Of a stretch of DNA of 24,000 nucleotides, positions 14,671 through 22,143 are shown piece after piece. A program made the translations under genes and the position numbers. Numbering within the stretch: position 1 is the first letter of the stretch; each line of letters opens with the position of its first letter. This stretch comes from Phycisphaerales bacterium (GTDB taxonomy: Bacteria > Planctomycetota > Phycisphaerae > Phycisphaerales > UBA1924): assembly GCA_965228645.1 (NCBI GenBank), contig OZ245827.1, forward strand, positions 1,911,694-1,935,693, read 5' to 3'. The notes under the pieces were generated by a model, which worked only from the letters and a program-made list of their open reading frames with translations, searched no databases and was not told where the DNA came from.

Positions 14671-15825
14671 ATGACCTTCAGCGTTCCCGTCCAGACCGCA
14701 TCGGCCAGCTATGACGTCTCGATCGGACCGGGCCTGCTCCCGGATCTCGGAGGCGTGCTCAGGAAGCACGCGCCCGACGCCAGGCGGATCTACGCCGTGG
14801 TGGACTCCGGCGTGCCCGTTGCGACCGTCGAGCCCGCAGCGGCATCGATCCGCAGCGCGGGGTACGAGTTTGATGCGCTGACGATCACCCCCACCGAGCA
14901 GGCCAAATCCGCCGAGACGTGGTACCTGATCCTGCGCGCTGCAGCCGAGGCCCGTCTCGACCGGGGCGATGTCTTCGTAGCCATCGGTGGCGGGATTGTG
15001 GGTGACATGACCGGCTTCGCGGGCGCGAGCTACCGCCGGGGTGTGGGCGTCATCCAGTGCCCCACCACTCTGCTGTCGATGGTCGATGCCTCTGTTGGCG
15101 GCAAGACCGGGATCAACATGCCTTCGAGCGACGGATTGCTCAAGAACGCGGTCGGCTCGTTCCACCAGCCGCTGGCGGTCGTCGCTGACACCGCCTCGCT
15201 CGCTTCCCTCTCACCCCGCGATTACCGCTCGGGCCTGGCTGAGTGCGTCAAGCACGCGTTGCTCAGCGCCGACTTTGGCGATGCGGAACTGCACACCTGG
15301 ATGATGCATCACGAGAGCGAGATTCTGGCACAGGACCCGGGCGCGCTGACCGAACTTGTGCGCCGGAACGTGGCGGTGAAGGCCGCGGTGGTTGCCGGCG
15401 ACGAACGCGAGAACGCACCTGGCGACATGGGACGGGCGCTGCTGAACCTCGGTCACACCTTTGCCCACGCGATCGAGACACTCCCGGGTGTTTCAGTCCA
15501 AGGCTCATCCGATGCCTGCCCGATCACGCACGGCGAAGCCGTCGGGCTGGGCCTGATCTGCGCGGGCCATCTGAGCGCTCAGCTCGGTCACACCAACGGG
15601 CTCGTCGATCGCTTGCGAGAGCAGCTTGGCGCTCTGGGACTGCCAACCCACGCTGTGGGCTTGCCAGAGGGCGACACGGTCCTGGCCCGGATGGCCCACG
15701 ACAAAAAGGCAGAGTCGGGACAGATCCGGTTTGTGGTGCCCATCGACGAGGGTCGCTGCCGGGTCGTCCGCGAAGTGCCCGAAGAGGCGGTCCGGATGGC
15801 CCTGGACGCGATCCGCCCGGGCTGA
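14671..15825 (+). CDS. aroB: 3-dehydroquinate synthase
   Basis: Starting at ATG 14671 (MTFSVPVQT..): VAIGGGIVGDMTGFAGASYRRGVGVIQCPTTLLSMVDASVGGKTGIN, NAVGSFHQP, ECVKHALL and LNLGHTFAHAIE. The track start at 14611 lies inside rsfS. Confidence 0.95.
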   Translation: MTFSVPVQTASASYDVSIGPGLLPDLGGVLRKHAPDARRIYAVVDSGVPVATVEPAAASIRSAGYEFDALTITPTEQAKSAETWYLILRAAAEARLDRGDVFVAIGGGIVGDMTGFAGASYRRGVGVIQCPTTLLSMVDASVGGKTGINMPSSDGLLKNAVGSFHQPLAVVADTASLASLSPRDYRSGLAECVKHALLSADFGDAELHTWMMHHESEILAQDPGALTELVRRNVAVKAAVVAGDERENAPGDMGRALLNLGHTFAHAIETLPGVSVQGSSDACPITHGEAVGLGLICAGHLSAQLGHTNGLVDRLREQLGALGLPTHAVGLPEGDTVLARMAHDKKAESGQIRFVVPIDEGRCRVVREVPEEAVRMALDAIRPG

Positions 15826-15958
15826 GACAGACCCCCGTGTCAAACAAGGCAAACTTGGAGCGGCAGGCGAGGCCCGGACGATAACCCGTGCAGGACGCCC
15901 ACGGGCCAGCGCCAAGCGGCGCGGCTGCGTGGCGGATCCAATTTGCGGGAGCCCAGCC

Positions 15959-17449
15959 GTGCGCACAGTCGTCATCGTCAATCAAAAGGGTGGCTGCGGC
16001 AAGACCACCACCGCGATCAACCTCGCCGGGATCTGGGCCAGCCGGGGCAAAAGAGCCCTGCTGATCGATCTGGACCCGCAGTCGCACTGCGCCGCGGGTC
16101 TTGCGATCCCCGAGCAACGGATCGATCTGGACATCAGCGACGCGCTCATCACCGATGCGCCGCTGGACCCGAATCGACTCGTCTGGAGCGCGGGACGCAA
16201 TCTCGATCTGATTCCGAGCCGAACCAAGCTGGCGGGCCTCGAAGCCGCCCGGGGCGGGCTTGCGACCAAGCCAGACAAGGAACTCCGACTCGCCCGCGTC
16301 GTCAAGCGCTTCGAGAACGACTACGACGTCTGCCTCATCGACTGCTCGCCCTCGATCGGTCTGCTGACCTACAACGCGCTCGCCGCGGCGACGGACGTGC
16401 TCGTCCCCGTCGAAACCGGCTTCTTCAGCCTGCAAGGCGCACTCAAGCAGGCCAAAACGATCGAATCCCTCCAGCGCCGTCTGGGCGTCAATGCGCCCTT
16501 CTACCTGCTGGCCACACTCCACGAGCCGGAATCCGTGCTCGCCTGCGACCTGCTCCAGGAACTCCGCAGGCGCTTTGGCGATCAGGTCATCCCGACCCCG
16601 ATCAGACGGGATCTGAAGCTCAAGGAGGCCGTCAGCTTCGGTCAGCCCGCGGTCGAATACGCCCCGGAATCGACCGGCGCCCGCGATCACTCGGATCTGG
16701 CACACTGGCTCGAGGCCAAGTGGCGTCCGACCGATCGACCGACGCATCCGGTGGCCCTGAGCGCCCAGCCCGCGGACTCGTTCCCGGCTGGACGCCCGGA
16801 GATGGACCTCGACCTCTGTGTTTCCCAGGCACCCGAGATCCGGGAGCAGCCCAGTGACTTCGGGTTCGGTCAGCCCGAGTTTGAGCCCGCGACCGCAGCA
16901 GCTTCGACCGCGGTCGCGACGGCACCGGTCAGCGAAGCTCGAATCAACGCCCTCACTCAGCCCAGAGCGGGCGACACGCGCGTCGCAGAGATCGCTGCAC
17001 TCGCCAAGCGCCTGCGTGAAGCGACCCTCCAGGGCTCGCCTGCTCGCTCGGTGACACAGGCACCGACGACCGCGGTCCGCCTCGAAGAATCAAAGCCCGA
17101 GATCGAGCCCTCCGGTGCCCCATCCAAGACCAAGGAAGCCCTCGGCAGGGAACTGCTGGGCGTGCGCCAGACGCCCCAGGGTGTGCTCTTTGTCCAGCCC
17201 ATCGCGACCGGTCGCCAGCTGGCGATCGCGGGCGACTTCAACGGATGGTCCATCCGGGCCAACCGCATGATCGCCGATCCGCGTCTTGGCGTGCACCAGA
17301 CGTGCGTCCACCTGCCTCCGGGTCGACACCGCTACCGCGTCGTCGTGGACGGGCGGTGGATCGCAGACCCCCACAACCCGGTCATCGAACCCAACGAGTA
17401 CGGTGAAACCAACAGCGTGGTTGTGGTCGAGCCCCCCAAGGGGACATAA
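15959..17449 (+). CDS. ParA/MinD-type deviant Walker A ATPase fused to a C-terminal CBM48 / AMPK-beta-like glycogen-binding domain
   Basis: GTG 15959 is preceded by GGGAG (15947-15951). There is no in-frame ATG between the track start at 15626 (inside aroB) and this codon. The N-terminus is VRTVVIVNQKGGCGKTTTAINLA (KGGxGKT), followed by LLIDLDPQ and VCLIDCSPS (Walker B); the ATPase domain spans about 15959-16730. A ~150-aa Pro/Ala/Glu-rich linker follows. The C-terminal region (17180-17434), LAIAGDFNGWS...VHLPPGRHRYRVVVDGRWIADPHNP...GETNSVVVV, aligns by eye with AMPK-beta VYLSGSFNNWS...LPEGEHQYKFFVDGQWTHDPSEP...GTVNNIIQV. Confidence 0.85.
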   Translation: MRTVVIVNQKGGCGKTTTAINLAGIWASRGKRALLIDLDPQSHCAAGLAIPEQRIDLDISDALITDAPLDPNRLVWSAGRNLDLIPSRTKLAGLEAARGGLATKPDKELRLARVVKRFENDYDVCLIDCSPSIGLLTYNALAAATDVLVPVETGFFSLQGALKQAKTIESLQRRLGVNAPFYLLATLHEPESVLACDLLQELRRRFGDQVIPTPIRRDLKLKEAVSFGQPAVEYAPESTGARDHSDLAHWLEAKWRPTDRPTHPVALSAQPADSFPAGRPEMDLDLCVSQAPEIREQPSDFGFGQPEFEPATAAASTAVATAPVSEARINALTQPRAGDTRVAEIAALAKRLREATLQGSPARSVTQAPTTAVRLEESKPEIEPSGAPSKTKEALGRELLGVRQTPQGVLFVQPIATGRQLAIAGDFNGWSIRANRMIADPRLGVHQTCVHLPPGRHRYRVVVDGRWIADPHNPVIEPNEYGETNSVVVVEPPKGT

Positions 17450-17505
17450 TCCCGCATCAGAACACACACCGGCGGCGGAGCCGCTGAACTTCCCAGGAGA
17501 TCACG

Positions 17506-18756
17506 ATGAGCTCGGAAGCTCCATCCGGTCGTCCGTCCAGCAGCGTGTCCGGTCTCGAAGCCTTCGATGACCTTGCGGACCTCTTCCTCGGCGAAGAGCC
17601 CATCGTCACGCCTCGCCAGACCAGCGACACTTCAGTCCACGTCAGCTCGCTCGTCGCCGGGCACCTGCCCGTGATCGCGGCCCCGTGGATCAGCCAGCAC
17701 GCCCGCGACATCTCCCGCACGCTCGCGGCACCGATCGCGGTGCTGAGCCGATCGGGCGATCGCACCACGCTCGACCTGTACAACGCGCCCGCCCTCCAGG
17801 AACAGCACACGATCGAGGGGGCCATCGAGCAGGCGATCGCAGCCCGTGTGCGCCGGTTCCTGATCCGGACGGACGCGGTGAGCGAGCTCTCGGCGTTCGA
17901 TCTCGACAGGGTCGACTCGGTCACGCTTCTGACCGGTGCGGACGACGCCGCGGTGGTCGGCGCGTACCGCGCGATCAAGGGACTTGTCGCGGACGCCTCG
18001 GAGCTCGACGAGCGCCCGATGGTCCTGAACCTTGCTGTCATGGGCTCGGATCGCACAAGGTCCCGCGGGGCCGCGGAAAAGATCCGCAAGGCGGCCCGTT
18101 CGTTCCTGCAGACCGGGCTTGCGGACGTGACGATGAGCGAGAAGATCGCCGCCGGTGGCTCGAGCGTGCGCACGTTCGATGGCTCAACGACCCTGCAGCT
18201 CGAAGAGATCATCGCCAGAATCCCGCGTCAGCTGCCTGCGGTCGCTCCGGCTCAGGTTGACACTGCGGGCCCTTTGCGTCTGGCGGGGCACGGGAGCAGC
18301 GAGAAGCCGACCGGTGAACCCAAAGCTGTCCCGACCGAGGCCAAACCGATTCGCCCGGATGTCAGCGCCTCCCGCCTTGGCCCTCTTGAGAGCGCCAATG
18401 GGACGAACGCTTCGCTGCTCGGACTCTCGCGGATCGAGGCTCGCTGCCCGTACGCGGACGACATCGAGATCGCTGTCGATCACGAGGGTCGAGCGCACCT
18501 GATCGCGGTGGCGGAGGGTCAGGACATGGCCCGCCCGCTCGAGTCGCTCCAGATCGCCAACGACTGGATCGGGGCGCACCTGACGCTGCTGGCGTCTGCG
18601 ACCGGCGGGCGCGTGAAGGCCAACCCGCCTCTGGCGGCGGCGAGACACCTGATCGTCGACCACGCCGCGTCGGCGCGCCGCCTGCTCGACTCGGACCTGA
18701 AAGTCTACATCAAGGCCCGCGGGCAGCAGGAAACGCTCTGCGTGCCGCTGAACTAA
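17506..18756 (+). CDS. Hypothetical 416-aa protein. The N-terminal half may be a P-loop-less ParA/MinD-like fold, and the C-terminal domain is unknown.
   Basis: ATG 17506 has AGGAG at 17495-17499. The gene lies 56 nt after the ParA-like gene and ends at a strong terminator. It has G/C third-position bias and a non-repetitive composition. See findings for the manual alignment to MinD. I recognised no catalytic motifs. Confidence 0.75.
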   Translation: MSSEAPSGRPSSSVSGLEAFDDLADLFLGEEPIVTPRQTSDTSVHVSSLVAGHLPVIAAPWISQHARDISRTLAAPIAVLSRSGDRTTLDLYNAPALQEQHTIEGAIEQAIAARVRRFLIRTDAVSELSAFDLDRVDSVTLLTGADDAAVVGAYRAIKGLVADASELDERPMVLNLAVMGSDRTRSRGAAEKIRKAARSFLQTGLADVTMSEKIAAGGSSVRTFDGSTTLQLEEIIARIPRQLPAVAPAQVDTAGPLRLAGHGSSEKPTGEPKAVPTEAKPIRPDVSASRLGPLESANGTNASLLGLSRIEARCPYADDIEIAVDHEGRAHLIAVAEGQDMARPLESLQIANDWIGAHLTLLASATGGRVKANPPLAAARHLIVDHAASARRLLDSDLKVYIKARGQQETLCVPLN

Positions 18757-18782
18757 TCGACCGATTGAGAGTGACCAAAGAA

Positions 18783-18815
18783 AGAGCCGCGACCATACGG
18801 TCACGGCTCTTTTTC
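18783..18815. terminator. Bidirectional rho-independent terminator between convergent genes
   Basis: AGAGCCGCGACC (18783-18794), loop ATAC, GGTCACGGCTCT (18799-18810) form a 12-bp stem with one mismatch. The stem is flanked by AAAGAAAG upstream and TTTTT downstream, so each strand sees a stem followed by a U-tract. Confidence 0.7.
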
Positions 18816-18835
18816 GTTGAGTTGAGTTTGTCGGT

Positions 18836-20155
18836 TCAGGCGGTCTCGGCCCGCTTGACGCGGATCTCGCTGAGCTTCTTCTTCTCGCGGATGGTCGTCT
18901 CGTCGACGACAAACTCCACGCCCTCGGCGTCCATGTCGGGCAGATCGTACATCAGCTCGAGCATGGTCTCTTCCATCACAGCGCGCAGGGCGCGGGCACC
19001 GGTCTCACGCTTGGCGGCCTTCTCGGCCAGCGCCTTGAGCGCGCCGTCGGTGAAGGACAGCTTGGCGCCTTCGAGCTCGAACTGCTTCTGGTACTGACGC
19101 ACCAGCGCATTGCGCGGCTCGGTGAGCACGCGGACGAGCGCATCGACCGGGAGCGGACGCAGGGCCGCGATGATGGGCAGTCGCCCGATGAACTCGGGGA
19201 TCATGCCGTATTCGACGAGGTCGTCGGGGGTGACCATCTGGAGCAGGTCGCCCTTTTCCTGGTCTTCCGAGTGCGTCGAGCCCGTATCGACGAAGCCGAT
19301 TCGGGTCTTTCCGATGCGCCGGCGGATGATCTCGTCCAGCCCAACGAACGTGCCGGCGCAGATGAAGAGCACCTGCGTCGTGTCGATCTGGATGTACTGC
19401 TGCTCGGGGTGCTTGCGTCCGCCCTGAGGGGGGACATTGGCGACGGTGCCCTCGAGCATCTTGAGGAGGCTCTGCTGCACGCCCTCGCCCGAGACGTCGC
19501 GGGTGATCGAGACGTTGTTGGAGGTCTTGCCGATCTTGTCGATCTCATCGATGTAGATCACGCCGCGCTGCGCCTGCTCGACGTCGAAGTCAGCGGCCTG
19601 GAGCAGCTTGAGCATGAGGTTCTCGACGTCTTCTCCGACGTAACCGGCCTCGGTGAGCGTGGTCGCGTCGCCGATGGCGAAGGGGACCTTGAGCACGCGG
19701 GCCAGGCTCTTTGCGAGGAGGGTCTTGCCGCAGCCGGTCGGCCCGATCATGAGGATGTTTGATTTGTCGAGTTCGACGTCGCCGTCGTTCGTTCCTCGCT
19801 GGATTTCCTGCAGGCGCTTGTAGTGGCTTCGCACCGCGACGGCGAGCGGCTTCTTGGCCTCGTCCTGCCCGATGACGTACTCATCGAGGAAGGTCTTGAT
19901 CTCAGAGGGCGTCGGCACTTCTGTGAACAGCGGCGCATCGGCGCTGACGCGCCGGCGTTCCTGCTTGAAAATGTTCTGGCAGAGATCGACGCAGTTGGAG
20001 CAGATGTAAACGTCGTTTGGCCCTTCGACCATGGGGCCGACGTCGCGGCTGGTTTTGCCGCAGAACGAGCACGTTGTCACGCGCCTCCCGCGGAAGCCCT
20101 CGCCCGTGGTGCCCGGGGTCTCGCCGGTGCCGTCGTTATCGCGACCTTTGGCCAT
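18836..20155 (-). CDS. clpX: ATP-dependent Clp protease ATP-binding subunit ClpX
   Basis: 439 aa. It has an N-terminal zinc finger (CSFCGK...CSNCVDLC), Walker A (GPTGCGKT), Walker B (IIYIDEIDK) and a ClpP-docking loop (RIGF). It is ClpX-like over its full length. Confidence 0.97.
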   Translation of the reverse strand: MAKGRDNDGTGETPGTTGEGFRGRRVTTCSFCGKTSRDVGPMVEGPNDVYICSNCVDLCQNIFKQERRRVSADAPLFTEVPTPSEIKTFLDEYVIGQDEAKKPLAVAVRSHYKRLQEIQRGTNDGDVELDKSNILMIGPTGCGKTLLAKSLARVLKVPFAIGDATTLTEAGYVGEDVENLMLKLLQAADFDVEQAQRGVIYIDEIDKIGKTSNNVSITRDVSGEGVQQSLLKMLEGTVANVPPQGGRKHPEQQYIQIDTTQVLFICAGTFVGLDEIIRRRIGKTRIGFVDTGSTHSEDQEKGDLLQMVTPDDLVEYGMIPEFIGRLPIIAALRPLPVDALVRVLTEPRNALVRQYQKQFELEGAKLSFTDGALKALAEKAAKRETGARALRAVMEETMLELMYDLPDMDAEGVEFVVDETTIREKKKLSEIRVKRAETA

Positions 20156-20337
20156 GCGCTGGTCTCACTCATTCAAAGGACTGGTGCACCCTCAGGCCTG
20201 CGCCTCTCGCCCACCCAGGTCGGTGCCTCGGATAAGTGTATCGGCGCTGCGGTCTGCCGAATCAATACTTCTGGCACTTCCCTCGCTCTGGTGGGCCGTA
20301 TGGGCAGGCGGGGCAAAGAATAACTCGCTGCAGACGT

Positions 20338-20649
20338 TCATTCCACGGACGTTTTGGAGCCCGGGGAGGCCGACATCTGGTCCGCCATCGCGTCCACGGC
20401 CCGCTGGTACTCCTCGGTCGACAGCAGCCCCTCGTCGCGCAATCGACGCAGGTCATCGAGCAGCAGCCCCTGAGTCTGCGCCGTGTCGCTCTCTCGCATG
20501 ATCCGGCGCAGCTGCATGAGCACGACGCCGAAGACCAGCACGATCACGATCAGCACGGCTGCCCAGAGCAGAACATCCCAGACGGCACGACCGCTGGCCT
20601 GCTGCGCCAGCGTGCTCAGGTTGTGCGGGATCTTCGTCACCGGGAACAC
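20338..20649 (-). CDS. Small membrane protein with a C-terminal SHOCT-like domain
   Basis: 103 aa from GTG 20649. An alternative GTG at 20640 is preceded by GAGGTG. The TM helix is VLLWAAVLIVIVLVFGVVLM. The following LLDDLRRLRDEGLLSTEEYQRAV fits the SHOCT pattern (L..L..L.d.G.lt.eEy). Confidence 0.65.
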   Translation of the reverse strand: MFPVTKIPHNLSTLAQQASGRAVWDVLLWAAVLIVIVLVFGVVLMQLRRIMRESDTAQTQGLLLDDLRRLRDEGLLSTEEYQRAVDAMADQMSASPGSKTSVE

Positions 20650-20667
20650 CTCACGGATGTGTTTCTC

Positions 20668-21429
20668 TCAGAACGTCGTGATCGCGCGACGGATCGGGAG
20701 CACGAGCGCCGGGATCATCGCGTGCTCGACCAGGTGCTCGCCCCGACGGGCCAGCTCCGTGTAGGTCGACGTCAGTTCGTCGAGATTCGTCAGTGGGCCG
20801 CTCTGCCTCGCGGTCAGGTAGATGCTGATCGGCTCGCCCGTGTGCTCGCCCTCGCGGGCGGAGCCGTGCTGACGCGTTTTGACTTCGTACTGGATCTCGG
20901 TGCCCGGGCTGTCGGGGACGTTGGTCGTCAGGACGGGCTGGCAATCGGTTACGGAGCAATCGTGCACGAGCAGATTGGCCAGGGGCGAGTCGGCGACCAG
21001 CGCCGAGTAGACCGCCTCGTCGTGGTTGCCGCTGGCGATCAGATCCGCGCCGAAGAGCAGCTCGATGGAATCGATATCCAGAGGGCTGATGTTGAGGTAA
21101 TACGGGATGACCTCGAGGATGTGCCTGTGCAGGTCGTGCGCCGAGCGAAAGTCTGCGGGGTTGACGATGCCCGAGCGGATGTTCCGCGAGCGGACCGCGA
21201 GCCATCGGTAGGGCGACTCGCCTTGAGCGGTTTCGAGTGCCAGCTCCTCGCCGTGACGACCGAACTGGCTCATCGAGGGATACTGCCGGCGGACACGGTC
21301 GAATAATTCGAGCACGGTCTCGCGGCTCTTTGTCAGCTCGAGCTTCAGGCTGACCTTGAGATTGACGTAGGCATCGGAGACGAGAGCCTTGAGGCTGTCG
21401 AGCGTGTCGTATGAGGTGGCACCGGACAT
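20668..21429 (-). CDS. Hypothetical protein (253 aa), no recognised domain
   Basis: ATG 21429-21427 has a strong SD, AAGGAGGAG, 8 nt upstream. Codons are mostly G/C-ending and the composition is balanced (MSGATSYDTLDSLKALVSDAYVNLKVSLKLELTKSRETVLELFDRVRRQYP...). The overlapping ORFs at 20236-21306(+) and 20651-21454(-) are Arg/Asp/Gly-rich junk. The track start at 21507 is an upstream extension. Confidence 0.75.
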   Translation of the reverse strand: MSGATSYDTLDSLKALVSDAYVNLKVSLKLELTKSRETVLELFDRVRRQYPSMSQFGRHGEELALETAQGESPYRWLAVRSRNIRSGIVNPADFRSAHDLHRHILEVIPYYLNISPLDIDSIELLFGADLIASGNHDEAVYSALVADSPLANLLVHDCSVTDCQPVLTTNVPDSPGTEIQYEVKTRQHGSAREGEHTGEPISIYLTARQSGPLTNLDELTSTYTELARRGEHLVEHAMIPALVLPIRRAITTF

Positions 21430-21552
21430 CTTGATCGCTCCTCCTTGAAACCATGATCGGCCGGGCCTGAAGGATACGCTGACGCGGGCGTATGCGTTCC
21501 GCCCCACCGCTGCATACAGGCGAACTTCTGTCGGCTGAGCGCGAGCGGCGTG

Positions 21553-21825
21553 TCAGCTGCGGATCTGAAAGCCCGCCTCACCGGTCAGGATTGGGATCGG
21601 GCTTTGCTGCGTGTCATCGACACGTCCGAACGTCCTTTGGGGAATCTGAGACAGGCAGCCGGCGAGGGCATGGTCGGGCCCCTGGATCTGCATCAGGACC
21701 GAGCCGTCGGTTTCGTTGCGGACCCATCCCGTCAGGCCAAGAGCATCCGCGACCGCCTTGGCGGTCATCCGAAAGCCCACCCCCTGGACACGCCCGACGA
21801 ATCGCACCTGTAGCCGCTGCATCAC
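21553..21825 (-). CDS. acyP: Acylphosphatase
   Basis: 90 aa. VRFVGRVQGVGFRMTAKAVADALGLTGWVRNETDGSVLMQIQG is the canonical acylphosphatase signature (V.G.VQGVGFR...G.V.N..DG.V). The start is either GTG 21825 or the adjacent ATG 21822. Confidence 0.9.
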   Translation of the reverse strand: MMQRLQVRFVGRVQGVGFRMTAKAVADALGLTGWVRNETDGSVLMQIQGPDHALAGCLSQIPQRTFGRVDDTQQSPIPILTGEAGFQIRS

Positions 21826-22143
21826 GGAGCTTAGGTCCGAGATCCGCGTTTCGGGGCCAGAAAGCGTGTCTGTTAGGGCCTTGGATTGAAAGTCGATGGA
21901 CGAAGCGGAATCCCGTGCTACCGTTTCCGTAGAGAAGCAGGCAGAGCGCGACCCCCATGGTCTGTGAGCCGGGAGCCATCAAGGCGTCCTCCGGCCCGGA
22001 CAACCCCAAACGGCGCGCCCGGGCCCCTTTGAATCATTCGAATCGGCGTTGGCCGAGCCGGTGCGAGCAGGCACTGGTCGAACGCTGCATGGTCGGTTGA
22101 AGCCGTCGCATGCGGTCTGAGTTACGGATACAGGGATCCCGGG

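Noticed and set aside
15524-16747. 407-aa ORF antisense to the aroB 3' end and the ParA-like gene
   Set aside because: It spans an intergenic region and two well-supported plus-strand genes, and its composition is Arg/Gly/Pro-rich junk.
20229-20238. DnaA-box-like TTATCCGAG (minus strand) upstream of clpX
   Set aside because: It matches TTATCCACA at only 6 of 9 positions, is a single copy and has no AT-rich unwinding region. It is not an origin.
20156-20337. Possible clpX promoter (TTGATT-N17-GATACA) or a heat-shock promoter in the 182-nt leader
   Set aside because: The hexamer matches are weak (-10 matches 3-4 of 6). A sigma-32-like CTTTGC/CCCATAC pair has the wrong spacing. It cannot be supported without start-site data.
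20236-21306. 356-aa plus-strand ORF, together with the 267-aa minus-strand ORF at 20651-21454
   Set aside because: Both are Arg/Asp/His/Gly-rich. The alternative minus frame (20668-21429) has balanced composition, G/C-ending codons and a strong SD.
21614-22009. 131-aa minus-strand ORF overlapping acyP and the acyP/dnaG gap
   Set aside because: It overlaps acyP in another frame, has no SD and has an Arg/Gly/Pro-rich composition.
22037-22044. TTCGAATC, resembling a tRNA T-loop
   Set aside because: The flanking 5-mers (AATCA and CGGCG) cannot form a T-stem, and no acceptor or anticodon arms can be drawn.
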